From Octopus vulgaris (taxonomy: Eukaryota), in contig OX597816.1 of NCBI GenBank assembly GCA_951406725.2, positions 152,024,001 to 152,088,000 of the forward strand: 64,000 nucleotides of DNA, read 5' to 3'. Under the pieces are notes generated by a model. The model was not told the origin of the DNA, did not search any database, and was given only the letters and a program-made list of their open reading frames with translations. Positions 13,088 through 25,819 of the stretch are shown here, one piece after another; within the stretch, counting starts at the first letter, position 1, and every line of letters starts with the position of its first letter. A program made the translations under genes and the position numbers.

Positions 13088-13119
<32 letters not shown>

Positions 13120-13754
13120 TGAGTGTAAGAAGTGGTGTACAGATGTGTATTGAGAAGAAAGGTCACCAGAATTTTGGAAAAAGTTTTTATTTATTCATTA
13201 TTATTATCGCTTTCGTTCGTTTTCGAATTTGTGAAATAAAATTGTGAATGTGCAAGCAGGTTGTTTATTTATATAAATCAGGTGTTTTTTTGTTTTTGTT
13301 TAGAAGAGTAAAACATTGTTTTTGCTTTTTTGTTTTTGGGGGTGAAGTTCCAGGACAATGGAGATATATAGATAGGTAGGTAGAGAGAGGGAATAGGGAG
13401 GGATTTCTTTTCAAATTGGCATGTGTTTGCTATTTATTTAGTTAGTTATTTACCATTGTATAGTTCAAGGAGGGTTACCTCTCCAAGATATCAGATTTAG
13501 GACAGGGAGTATAATAAAAAAGGATGGGGTGCAGTCATCACTGAAAGCATTTTTTTAAGGTGCCAGAAGGAAGAAAATGTATGCATGTATGAATAATCAG
13601 CCGAAACTGCGAAGATAGTCTGGTACTGGACTGAGGAAAGAAAACTTCGAATGACCTGTCCTTGTTTTTTTTTGTATCGTCTATCTGGATGTTTTGTTGT
13701 CCCATTTTTGTATCATCTAACTGTCCTGATGTTTTGCGTTCTTGCCTCATTTTG

Positions 13755-13796
<42 letters not shown>

Positions 13797-14013
13797 GAAA
13801 AATACAAACTGGGACAAGAACGTAAAACATTTAGAAGACGATACAAAAAACACGGACGGGACATTCGAAGCCTTCAATCTTCAGTCAAGAACCGGATCAT
13901 CCTAGCAATTTCGGCTGATTAATCTTGAGATCGCTCCGATCCGGCCAGCCCCAAGGAAAATCTAAGCTACGAGCATTAGATTTCTTGGAAGAAGGATCGA
14001 ATGTATACGAAAC

Positions 14014-14101
<88 letters not shown>
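14014..14101. repeat. (GATA)n microsatellite
   Basis: Direct reading. Confidence 0.98.
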
Positions 14102-14450
14102 GCGCGTATTTTCCCTTGTTAACAATTGACACGGAAAAGATAAAGAGTTACCAGGGTAGCAAAAAATCACACAAGTAAAAAGGTTGTAACTCCTTGTTTT
14201 TAAAGGTAGAAACTCTGGGTTTACGTGAAATATTTTGTATAATATATAAATATATCTAAATGGAGTTAAACGCAGGTGCTGTTCATATTCTTTTACTTCT
14301 TTCTTTTACCCCTCCTCTTTCTATAGGCTACCTTTGACGTTATATCCTGTAACGTTCTTTTAAAAATAAACTTAATAGCGTTCAGTTAATCACTATACAT
14401 ATCCATCATATTCTGTTAGAATGTCTTATTGACGAGTTTCATTTCTTCAT

Positions 14451-14535
14451 TTCCCTGAAGAGAAGATTACATTGTTTTACGCCATTTTATTCCTTTAGAA
14501 TAATATAATTGATATCTTCGAGACATGTGTCGGAA
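14451..14535 (+). ncRNA. Type I hammerhead ribozyme with large loop II (GAAA mutated to GAGA)
   Basis: UUCC-CUGAAGA-GAAGAU-[46 nt]-AUCUUC-GAGA-CAUGUG-UC-GGAA. Stem I UUCC/GGAA, stem II 6 bp, GUC site at 14529-14531. Confidence 0.75.
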
Positions 14536-14579
14536 GTAAAAGAATTTGAATAATACCTGCGTTTAACTCCATCTATATA

Positions 14580-14664
<85 letters not shown>

Positions 14665-15289
14665 TGGATATTCTAACTTTACATATTTTTCTAATTTGTA
14701 AATATTGTTTGTTCATGCATGGGAAAACTCTCATAGAGCTTTTTATTTTTTTTCTGACACCTTAAGGAACGAAAAAAATACACTGCTACTGTTGTTTCTG
14801 CTCCAATATATGTATAACATGATACCAATCTCTATAACATCGGGTTTTATTTTCCTAATTTGTAAATATTGTACTAATGTTTGTTCATGCAAAAACATGA
14901 ACTTAAAAGAAGCCTGACTTTATTTTTTAGTGCAAAACATTGTATTTACAGGGTAGATATAGACATATTTCCAAACACATGAACTCACAGGCACACATAC
15001 ATGTATACGCGCGCACACACACACACATATTCATATATATATATATATATATTTGATTTTTCATAGAACCTCTTCTAGCACCTTAAAAAATGCTTTCAGT
15101 GATGACGATACCCCATCCTCTTTTCATTATTCTCCTCATCCTAAAACTGACATCTTGGAGATATCTCCATCCTTGAACTCATGTCAATAGCTAAACATTG
15201 GTAAATAACTAACTGAAAAAATAAATGATAAATACATGCCAAAATGAAAAGAAATCCCTCCCTCTTCTCTCTCTATACCTATCTATCTC

Positions 15290-15402
<113 letters not shown>

Positions 15403-15449
15403 CATACATATACACACACACACATATATATACATATACACATATATAT

Positions 15450-15905
15450 CAGCATCATCTATCCGTTCAGTCGAAGTTGACTCTCAGTCACTCGTTGGAT
15501 CAGTGTCCTCCAGTGAGTTCTATCCTGGGCCGCTTCTTTCAGATTGGCTATGTCCATTCCGGTATCACTCTTGATGGTGTCTAGCCAGCGGGTTCTTGGT
15601 CGGCCTCTTCCTCTCTTGCCACTGACCATTCCGAGCAAGATGTCCTTCTCCAGGGATTTTCTCCGCATAATATGACCAAAATATGCTAATCTATGCTTGG
15701 TGATCCTAGCTTCTAGCGACATTTTCGGCCTGATCTGCTTAAGAACTTCTCCATTGGTGAGCCTCGCTGTCCATGGAATCCGTAAAAGTCTTCTCCAACA
15801 CCAAAGCTCGAATGCATTAATTTTTTTCTGGTCAGCTTTCTTTAGTGTCCAGGTCTTGCATCCATATGCTGCTATTGGGAAGACAATTGCATTCACCAAT
15901 CTGCA
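15450..15905 (-). mobile_element. RTE (BovB-like) LINE 3' end, 5'-truncated
   Basis: Open frame LVNAIVFPIAAYGCKTWTLKK...AFELWCWRRLLRIPWT...YFGHIMRR..SLEKDILLG...GRPRTRWLD, stop at 15459. Confidence 0.93.
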
Positions 15906-16319
15906 TTCACATATATATACATATACACATACATACATATACACATATATACACACACATGCATATATACATATATATATATATAACATAATGTAACACT
16001 CACAGACACACACGCACACATGCACATGTTTATACATTTATACATATTTACATACATACATACATCGAAAGGAGACATAAAGCAATTTTTAAATAAAGTA
16101 TATCGATTAATTAATATGAAGATAGCATTTTCTAGAGACATGTAAATAGTTTATATGAAGTATTGTGATAAATTAATTCCATGAGATAGATGATATCAAT
16201 AAATATTCGTATACTCAAATATATATATGTGAAAATATCTATGAGTTATGCTCGTAGATTTTTATAAGAGACAAAGAAATAAACCCTAGGGAAAATATAT
16301 TTGAATTCATCCGCATCGT

Positions 16320-16323
16320 CGTT

Positions 16324-16385
<62 letters not shown>

Positions 16386-16802
16386 AACTTATTGAGATAT
16401 GGATAACTTCTGCATAACTGGTAGACATATATGTTGCTAAATTACGCAGTAAAACGCCTGCATTACAGAAATTAAGTCAAGATTTTAATGTAATTAGACG
16501 TGATGGTGGAGAGTTGGTATTGTTGTTGTTGTTGTTGTTGTGGTGGTGGTGGTGGTGGTGGTGGTGCTGCTGCTGCTGCTGTGATGATGATGGTGATGAT
16601 GATGATGATAATGATGATGGTGGTGGTACTGATGGTGAAGAGGAGGCGGAGGAGGAGAAGAGGAGGGGAGGTAGAGGAGAAGGAGAAAGAAAAGAAGGAA
16701 GAGGAGGCGGAGGAGAAGGAAGAGGATGACGATGATGATCATCATCATCATGACGACGATGATAACGACACTGACATTTCAGCAATGAAGATAATGAAAG
16801 TG

Positions 16803-16873
<71 letters not shown>

Positions 16874-16885
16874 CACTACTACTAG
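16320..16885. repeat. Compound trinucleotide microsatellite zone (TAG, TGT, GGT, GCT, GAT, GGA, CAT, CTA)
   Basis: Direct reading. Confidence 0.95.
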
Positions 16886-16939
16886 TTTATTCCACATTAT
16901 GAATATAAAATGCTGTTTTGATTTCTTCATGCTAACAAT

Positions 16940-17370
16940 CAAGTCTTAGAAGACTTTTATTATTCAGTTGTCTTTTTTTTATTGCATGCTTTCACTTAAC
17001 AACGGACCGCAGCTCTGGGTATATTGGATTTGTGTTTTGTTTCTGTTCTTTTTTCCTATAGTATTGAGTGTGTAAACAGTAGTATATTCCAATCCATATT
17101 TGGGCCATTTTTGCACGTTGTGTAAGTCCTGAGGTTTTCGCTAAATATTTGTCTGTGCAGATTTCCATCCATCCAAAGGCACCTATTATTATGGTATTTG
17201 TGTATTTTCAATTCCCACTGTCGCCTATTGAAATTGGTACATCGAAGAGGTGGTATTTATTCTCTTGTCTTTGACAGTGATATATGGTCAAGAGGCCTTT
17301 GTGATTCACAGTATGGACCCTTTATCATTCTCTGAGACGTTCTGTAGTATATGGTTTTGTCAGCAACTTC
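16940..17370 (-). pseudogene. Highly degraded R4/Dong-type RLE 3' fragment
   Basis: Minus-strand translation shows remnants of the RLE C-terminal region (NTIIIGAFGW-like), and it is co-oriented with neighbouring Dong fragments. Confidence 0.45.
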
Positions 17371-17530
17371 CACGAATATCACTTGAGAAGGAAGAGAAAA
17401 GCACAGAGAAAAGCATTGAGTCAAATTTCTGAAAAAGTGGTTGAGATCAACTGAAATGTGGTTGGGTGGGTCAACTCAGAGAATGCATCCCTGTAGTGTC
17501 CTTCATCCGATACCCCTGTGCTAATAAAGA

Positions 17531-17531
<1 letters not shown>

Positions 17532-17599
<68 letters not shown>

Positions 17600-17998
17600 T
17601 TATGTTTGACTTTTGCATTACATTTGTACAAGTTGGCTCCAAGTCTCACCCAGAGACCTCAAGAAACAACAAGTTAGAAGTTCAAGTTGGTGTTATTCCT
17701 ATTTGGTTTTGTACATAGTGTTCTAGAGAATGTTTAAGAAACCATAAGAAAATTATGTTTGTTTTAAAACTTGAGATTACATAGAAAGTATTTTGCGTAG
17801 GATATGAGCAGTTCCCATGAGTACTATCTTTTGAATTTCTGTCATTTTTGGGTTTCCTGTTATCTGAGCTAGGTAGCAATCAATCCCTTTTGCTATCATT
17901 CCCAGGGAACCCATGACAACAGGTATTGTTTTAGTCTTCAGGTTCCACATTTTGCTAATTTCTATTTCAAGATCTTTATATATGCTCAGTTTTTGTTG
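17532..17998 (-). mobile_element. R4/Dong 3' end with (TAA)n tail, same family as 51817-54222
   Basis: tatgtttgacttttgc...tttgtacaagttggctccaagtctcacccagagacctcaaga is the reverse complement of the 3' UTR at ~54158-54221. (TTA)n at 17532-17598. Confidence 0.92.
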
Positions 17999-17999
17999 G

Positions 18000-18435
18000 A
18001 ACTCCTGGATGTGTAGTGAGCTGGCTGCCTGCAGCCTACGGTACCATGTTATTTCTTCTTTTCAACCACCTAGTACTTTTCTGATGATTCTGGCCGTGCC
18101 AAGGAGGCAAACCTTTTGTAACAGTTCTACTGGGCACTCTATTCCGATTTTTTTATATTGCTCTTATATTCCAAGGACCCAACAATAATTGGCACTATCT
18201 TCACCTTCATTTTCCACAGTCGAGCTAACTCGTTTTTAAGAGAATTGTATATATCTATTTTTAAACCTCCTTTCTTCGCTATTCGCGTGTCAAAGGGGCA
18301 CGCAACATCAATTATAGAGGATATGTGGTTCACCTTGTCCACCATCACTAGATCTGATTTGTGCTCAAGCCTGATTTGTTTAGATTGGGAAGTCCCACAA
18401 GATTTTTCAAGTCTCTAACTCCACCAATCTGTGTT
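18000..18435 (-). mobile_element. R4/Dong-type RLE 3' fragment, second family
   Basis: ORF IIDVACPFDTRIAKK..KIDIYNSLKNELARLWKMKVKIVPIIVGSL. The 3' UTR resembles 51538-51620. Confidence 0.88.
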
Positions 18436-18482
18436 TTGTCTTATTATCGTCGTTGTTGTCGGCGTTGTCTTCATCGTCGTCG

Positions 18483-18524
<42 letters not shown>

Positions 18525-19144
18525 CCACCATCATACTGACAGATTTTTTTTCATTTAATGAGCATCTTTGTCTCAAGAGTTCTTTGATTCTGAAGGCTCT
18601 TTTAATCTTATATTTCTGTACTGTTTCTTTCTTTTACTTCTTTTTCAGTTGTGTTCCATCGTTGTTGATTTCATTAAGATTTACGAGTTGTGTTTCATTT
18701 TCTTTTTCTCTATATTTATTTTCCATGTTGTTTGCATGGATTTCAATATTTCCCCAAGCGTAAATCTGACAAGGATCCACTTTCCATTGTAACTGTTATG
18801 GTTACTGTGCTAATAATTTCGTTTAATCTGATCAGTACCAGTTTTCCTTGAGCTTTATCCTTGGGATGCGCTTTCGTTGATCCACTGAAGATCTATAAAC
18901 TTTCATTCTTTGAAGAAATCGTAGAGGACGATGTGGGTAAATTGCTAGTGTCCTATAGAGAAAGTTTACTTAACGTGTAACCGATGTTAGAAGAAAAGAA
19001 AACTGCGAATATAGATAAGAATACGAAATTTCACCAAACTGTACTTAAACTGACTGCAAAGAGTATTATTAAAAGGTTGGCAGTTATATAAAAAGGGCTT
19101 ACAAGTTTTTGCTGATAACAACTCTTATATTAGTACGTTTAAAT

Positions 19145-19405
19145 ATTTGTTGTGCAAGATTTTTTATGTGAAGTCGTGTGTTGAAACAGATATTGTTGTA
19201 TTTAGGAATGGTCATTTTGCCAGTTTAGCCAATAAAAACACACGCACTATATATTTGGTGTTACTTTGCTTCAGTGTTGTTTATTTTTTACATTAATCTT
19301 AATCTTATTTCGGCCAGAGTTCTTTCGTCACACTCCTGTGACCGCATCAGTGGTCCTTTGTTTTCTTCTTACTTATTTGTGTCTCTCCTTACTAACCGTC
19401 AGCCA
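19145..19405 (-). mobile_element. Solo pLTR of the PLE family at 11780-13092
   Basis: Homologous to 11785-12035. Confidence 0.82.
19312..19356 (-). ncRNA. Hammerhead-like motif, CUGAUGC (A9C) core variant
   Basis: GGACCA-CUGAUGC-G-GUCACA-GGAG-UGUGAC-GAAA-GAAC-UC-UGGCC. Perfect 6-bp stem II and stem I CCA/UGG. Confidence 0.58.
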
Positions 19406-20233
19406 TATTGAGTGTAAGATAAAAATTATAGGAAGAGTTTGCAATGAGTTCAGTTCGTACAATGAGCTATGCAAAAAGAGATGATGCACCATGAACATCC
19501 AACAACTTTGCATATATTCTTCGTTCCTCAAGCTTACGCTGATGATTGAGAATTGTATAATAGAAGATAGTAGTGTCCCTCATCCTGCCTGTAACTCTAA
19601 TTCCATCATTACCCCTCACACAATGGTCAACATCTGCTAGAAGAACGTACCTTATTATGATCCTTACTTACCCCCTAACATATTTCTCTGCTGATGTTTT
19701 TATGTGTACATGTAATATGTATATTTAGAAACATATTTTCATTCTTAAAATTGGTCATATGCTTGTTTTCTGTTTCCGTTTTGTTTTTGCTATTGTTTTT
19801 CCAAAAAAGAAAAAAAAAACGTCAGAACGCAGGCTTAATTCATAATATGAAAATCAATGGGGAGATTAATTTTGTGTTCCAAGATTTCACGTTACAAGTT
19901 ATTCAAGAACGCACTACTTCCGTAACGCGGGGGATTTCTGCACACAATGTCTCTGTTTTCATTTCTATTTTTCTGTCCGATTTTTTTCTGCCGACAACAA
20001 AATGATTGATAACTTGTCCATGTAATGTCACTTCACATGTTGCTTTTGTGGCAAATAATAGAAATGATCATGTTAATAACGGTCGTGATGGAAAAAATGC
20101 TAATATTTTCTATTATTGGATATAAGAAATTAATTACAAAAAACATAAGTTGGTGCATTATAAAAAATTGTTACACTGGAATATAAATAAGAATACAGAA
20201 AATGAAGAATATATTTAATATATGTGCGCATGG

Positions 20234-20288
<55 letters not shown>

Positions 20289-20459
20289 CACGCGAGCAAA
20301 AGTTTTTTTGTCATTTTATATATTTCATATTATGTTCTTCTATTCGTGTTAATGTTGTCTATGCAAGCCAATCTATCTAGATGTCCTATTGTCTATTGTC
20401 TCTCATCACTATCTACATTCACCCATACCTCCATACCCGGACATGTTGTGTATATATCC

Positions 20460-20780
20460 TCTTACTCCGCCGGTTACGACGACGAGGGTCCCAGTTGATA
20501 CGATCAACGGAACAGCTTGCTCGTGAAATTAACGTGCAAAAGGCTGAGCATTCCACAGACACGTGTACCCTTAACGTAGTTCTCGGGGAAAATCAGCGTG
20601 ACACAGAGAGTGACAAGGCTGATCCTTTGAAATACAAGTACAACTCATTTTTGCCAGCTGAGTGGACTGGAGCAACGTGAAATAAAGTGTCTTGCTCAGG
20701 GACACAACGCGTCGCCGGGAATCGAACTCACAACCTTACGATCGTGAGCCGAATGCCCTAACCACTAAGCCACGCGCCCT
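20460..20780 (-). mobile_element. tRNA-derived SINE family D (CORE/Deu-like central domain)
   Basis: Minus head ggcgcgtggcttagtggttaggg...gagttcgattccc (A and B boxes), then gtgtccctgagcaagacacttt...ccactcagctg. Confidence 0.9.
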
Positions 20781-20837
20781 CACTGTGTATATATAATATG
20801 TACAGAAATGAGTGTGCAGACAGATGATAGACAACCG

Positions 20838-20871
<34 letters not shown>

Positions 20872-21070
20872 TAAAACGTGCGTTTAAAAAGTATTCAACT
20901 TTATTTGTTCCCGCCATAATTAATACAACATGGGCAAAATCATTTGGATGTGAGGTTACGTCACCCTTCCTACACAAGGCTAAAAAAACTTTCGCGCCGG
21001 TAGGCTGCGTCAGTTTATGGCTGTTACGCCTTGAGTACAGACGTCGGATACTTTCTGAATGCCCCTCGTA
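20872..21070. mobile_element. Tc1/mariner-derived MITE
   Basis: Right end gtcggatactttctgaatgcccctcgta; degenerate left end cgtgcgtttaaaaagtattcaac. Confidence 0.6.
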
Positions 21071-21344
21071 TAAAACTTGGCTACCAAATTATCTAGCGCG
21101 AGTGATTGTCATCGGTGTTGGCCATAAATTTACCTTCTGCGGTTTGTCCGATTTGTAAATCCAAATTCAAACACCGAATAGATTCAGTCTAAGGTTACAG
21201 AGTAGAGCAGTAAGACACAAGGGAATGGAACACAATTCTGCAATGTAGTGACTATGTGTATTAATCCCATATTTGATTGACTAAAGTTCTACAGAGATTA
21301 AGAAATTTAACACACCTCTATGCTTATCAAAGCTATATCACACT

Positions 21345-23426
21345 CAGTGGCGGATCTACCATAACACTAATGAAGTTTAAACTCCAGGGCCCCTAATTCC
21401 AGAGGGACCCCTCTGAAGCAACTTAATTTTTTCATTCTGTCGATAATTTCGTATTTGTATTTTGTCATGCAGATTGCTGTTACCAGTCTTAGTGGACATC
21501 ATATCATACTCCTACGCAGAGTCTAAACACGCAGTGTCTAGACACGATTTGTTCACCTGCTGTTTCTGCTGGTGTGGAGTAGCATAAAAAACTTAAGTAT
21601 AAACGACTCGCAGATAATTCGCTTTACTTGAATTATTTTGGAAACTTCGGCCCTGCCCATCCAGTTGTCAAATATATCTACTACTACATCAGTACGATAG
21701 AGATAAGAATTCTTATTTTCCTACCATTATTTAATGACCAATGAAAGGGTTTGCCTCCTAATTTTGGACTTACAATCTGTTCAGTAACAAAGCATTTTTG
21801 TTTTACTTTAAAAATTGTTTGAATATCACCTTGAAAAATTCTTCATTTATGACTATATATTAAGTTGTGGACCCTTTACTTGATCAATCTGTCTCGCTGT
21901 AACTAATGAAAATATTACCCTAATTTTTTTTCACAGAGGTCTAGGCCCCAAGTGGAATAGCATTGTCTTCTAGAAAGTAATTAAGTAGATACCAGAAACG
22001 CCAGCTCAAGGAAAAGCAATCTAACGAAATTTCTAGGCGTCAAACACTATCAAACTATTTTACAATGTCAAATAAAAGTCTGTCATCACCTACAACTGAA
22101 ACAAGCCATACAAGCACCAGTGAAATCAATGATAGGGAAGAAACCATGAGTGCTCTGTACCTAAAGTTGTTGACTATTTTGGCATCTTGCAGCAGCTGTA
22201 TGTTTTCTTTTCTGAATCCCCTCGAAGATGGGGGATTTTTAACACACAGGGCAATCTAGCCTTTTCTCTAAAGAGCTTAAGTGTAACTAGATGGTCTGTA
22301 CACTATTGCCTTCTGCTAGCATCTTTGCTTTCATTTGTTAAAGAACTACAAGAAAATTCAGATGACAGGAACGCACACTAGGAATCAGTAGCAAAAGGTT
22401 TATGTGAATATATCACCTCAAATTATTCTGATGTTTCTAAATGCATTATTACAAAGAAATTTACAGATGGAACAAGTGATAGGGCTTCTTGGAAAGGGGC
22501 TGAAAATTTAGAATAGAAGATCTAAATTAAGTCTATGACTGCTTGATAATCCAGTTAAGCAGGAGGATAGACCCATATGAGCAGATTGCAAAAAGGTTCA
22601 AGTTTCTCTCAGAATTGACGAATAATTCAGAATTTGATGAGAACAGTATCAAACTTATGATATCATATTACAAAGACGATATTGACCAAAAATTAATAAA
22701 TGAATGTCATCAGTTCAAAGAGTATTTGCACCTTAGGAAATCCCGGAACACAGAAGAAAACACACCATCTAAAATACAATGTACAGAAGTTCTTCAGCTT
22801 ATTTATGAGCAACAGTTAATTGAAGTGTCCCCTAATGTGACCACTGCACATAAGCTGTACTTGACAATGCCTATCATGAGCTGTGAAGCAGAAAGGAGTT
22901 CCTCAAAGCTTTCCTTTGTAAAAAATAATTTCGGTCTACCATGACTGAAGAGCACTTAAATTCCTTATGTCTCTAGAAAAATGACATTGCAATGAAGCTG
23001 TCATGACAAAACTATTGCTACAAAAAAACAGAAAAAAGAGTATTTTGTAATTTTCAGATGTATCTTAATGATGCATCATGCATGTATATAACGCTTCCCT
23101 AATTTTCAACCCCCATAATTCTAAAATATAAGGCATAGCCTGGAAAATATTTGTAGTAATCTTCCATGGAACAACCACATCGACAAAGATATCGGTGATT
23201 ACCCACATCTCGTTTCTGATGGGAAGAGGGCTCACTTTCAGACTCATTTTTAAGGAATCCACATCACAACTCTACCATCTGGGCTATCAGGGCCTGAGGC
23301 TGGAGCTCCTTGCAAGGGCACGAACATTTTTTGACTCTTGTTGGATGTTACCCTACTGTCGCTGGTTGTAAAGGGGCTCCCTTTAACATTTTAAGCTTCA
23401 GGGCCCCAATATTGTAGATCCGCCTG
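21345..23426 (+). mobile_element. Internally deleted hAT (Tip100/ZMYM1-like) DNA transposon
   Basis: TIRs cagtggcggatctac / gtagatccgcctg, subterminal cagggcccc motifs, LKSLSVTRWS motif and hAT dimerisation domain. No TSD visible. Confidence 0.88.
22543..22944 (+). pseudogene. hAT transposase C-terminal dimerisation-domain fragment
   Basis: PNVTTAHKLYLTMPIMSCEAERSSSKLSFVKN matches the hAT C-terminal S.ERSFS.L motif. Confidence 0.88.
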
Positions 23427-24010
23427 GAATGGAGATCATGTTAAGAAGATAAACAATATTTGACCAGTATGAAAGGTAGGGAGGTATATCTACTTGGAAA
23501 CTGTATTTATCAAATCATGATAGAATTGTATTATGACATGGTAAAATTTCTATCGCGTTTAAACTATCATTGACCCTTTCTTATACACATCGGAAGCATG
23601 TAGAGTTAAGCTGTTCATTAGATATATTATTTAGATCGTGATGGAAATATTATTTGATCAGTATTAATTCTAAATATAAATTATGAGTGGAAGACAAGTT
23701 GAGATAATAAGAATTCCAAAGGGGAATAATCAATATAATTCCCTTAGGAAGATATTCTATTTTTGGAAAAAATAATTTTCTTAAGGGAATAAATATTTAA
23801 ACTTTAAGATAATTGTAGTATGGTTGAGATAACTTTAGATAAATTTTAAAAATAAATGAAGAATAAATTATAGAATAAAACAAAAAATACTAAAAATAAT
23901 TTTTAAATAATCAATTTTCGAAATTAAAAAAAAAACTAATAGCAATAATAATAACAATGACAGCAGTGACAATTATAATAACAATGATAATTTAGATAAG
24001 TATAATAATT

Positions 24011-24299
24011 TGTTGTGTCTGGGGAGAATCATTTTCTTTTTGTGCCTTATTATGTAACACACTCACCGGTAAAATTTCCATTTTTCTTCTTATTTTTATG
24101 GTCCTAGAATTTTCGTTACGTCTTGCAACCTTTTCAATAGTTTCGACTCTAAAACTATTTGAGTCAAAACTATCGAAAAGGTTGCAAGACGCAACGAAAA
24201 TTTTAGGACAATAAAAATAAGAAAAAAAATGGAAATTTTACCAGTGAGTGTGTTATATAATAAGGCACAAAAAGAAAATGACTCTCCCCAGACACAACA
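24011..24299. repeat. Near-perfect palindrome with ~139-bp arms and 11-nt spacer
   Basis: tgttgtgtctggggag...ttgcaaccttttc...gactc-taaaactattt-gagtc...gaaaaggttgcaa...ctccccagacacaaca. Confidence 0.95.
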
Positions 24300-25069
24300 G
24301 AATATGCTTCAACACACGAACCCATATAAAGAATCTTGCAAACCAAATCCAAAAACGAAATATAATAATTTGATACTCTTTGATACAATACATATTATTT
24401 ATCTTTTAAATAATACTAGCTCTGTTAAGTGTATTAATATACTGGACTGAGGGGGAAGACACAACCTATTAAATTAGGGTACACCAATCAGTGCTCCATT
24501 TATAGAGAGAGGTTTAAAGGTTCTTTTGAATAAATATGAACATATGAAATGTTTCCTCGAGGTATAAGTTACATTTTAATTTCCCATTATTAGATGGTAG
24601 TGCACTACACTTATGGGCCATTTATAAATCGTAACTAACAAACCCTTCTTTGAAGATCCATACGAATTTACTTAAAGAAGTGACGTTTTCTTCTTTTTTT
24701 TATCTTTTCCATGCCTAAACGAAGAAACGCGATTATATATTGCCGCCTTAAAATTAGTTGCACAAACGATATAATAGTAGTACATACCCCTGTTATTACT
24801 GATCACTTATAAATTAAGTTTTTAAGCATCGGTTATTTAATGCATATTTTAGACAATTTTTATAATTACATAACCGGTTAAACCTATTACTGAGAGATTT
24901 TTCGTCTGAAAAGCGCACACTCTATCTTTAGTCAATATTACATGATGAGCTATAAATCACTTCTGTAATAATGTATGATACTTTTGATATACACATGCTT
25001 TCCTTATTCAAGCTAGATATTTCAGACTTATTATATATAATACTAGGTTGTTTTCCATCACCATTGTTC

Positions 25070-25070
25070 C

Positions 25071-25153
<83 letters not shown>

Positions 25154-25157
25154 TTAC

Positions 25158-25188
<31 letters not shown>

Positions 25189-25800
25189 AACGTCACACAG
25201 TATACAATATTGTGAGGTTGTTGATTGAAGATATTGTGTCTAGCGGGGGTTTGTACTGTTTGTCAAATCACAAGGACTTCAGACAGACAGTACTTTACAC
25301 AATATGCGTGCAGTTCCAAGTAATGCCAACTGTTGCAATACACCTAGGTTGTAGGGTAACGTTTTCAGATGTATTTTTAGATTGGGTGGTATTGAACCTA
25401 ATGATCCGGTGACAATAGAGATAACATTTATGTTTGACTCTCGTAGCTGCCTCATCTTAGTGATCTCAATTCTCAGGTCTCTATATTTATCAACCTTTTA
25501 TCTTTCTTTCATAATGATATGTTGACTTCCTGGCACTGCCATGTCGATTATTAGTCACTCTTGTTTGTCCCTCCTAAAGGTTACTGTATCTAGCCTTCGG
25601 TGCTCTAATACCTTGTCTGTCTGGAAGTCAAAGTCTCAGAGGATTTTTGCCTTCCCTCTTCGACCATTATCTTTTCCGGTGTATGTTGGTACCGAGCACC
25701 CGTAACCTCATATCCATACTTACGGCATAGTAGCCAATGGAGGTTTTGGACTACCTTGTCGTGTCTACGCTTGTAATCTTTCTGTGCAAGACTTTCACAA
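25070..25800 (-). mobile_element. Degraded R4/Dong-type RLE 3' end with (TAA)/(TAG)n tail
   Basis: Minus-strand RHDKVVQNLHWLLCRKYG...DFDFQTDKVLEHRRLD...IIDMAVPG; microsatellite tail at 25070-25188. Confidence 0.85.
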
Positions 25801-25819
25801 ATATCTAGATGTTCACTTC

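Larger units (their letters stand above)
11780..13092. mobile_element. Inverted pair of Penelope-like 3' ends (GIY-YIG C-terminus + pLTR)
   Basis: 11824-12562 is the reverse complement of 12586-13091, and the left arm has an AT-rich insert at ~12190-12365. ORF 12560-12772 VKILSTHRTDTTLRKITEAIHIIEDKPCLNRKLEW resembles a PLE GIY-YIG C-terminus. Hammerhead-like motif in both arms. Confidence 0.85.

Noticed and set aside
16477-16949. Homopolymeric His/Pro/Ser/Glu-rich ORFs resembling low-complexity proteins
   Set aside because: Compound trinucleotide repeats with no unique domain or splice support.
20700-20780. tRNA-like sequence with A and B boxes
   Set aside because: It is a SINE head continuing into a repeat body; I could not form a complete cloverleaf. 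The same holds for other SINE heads.
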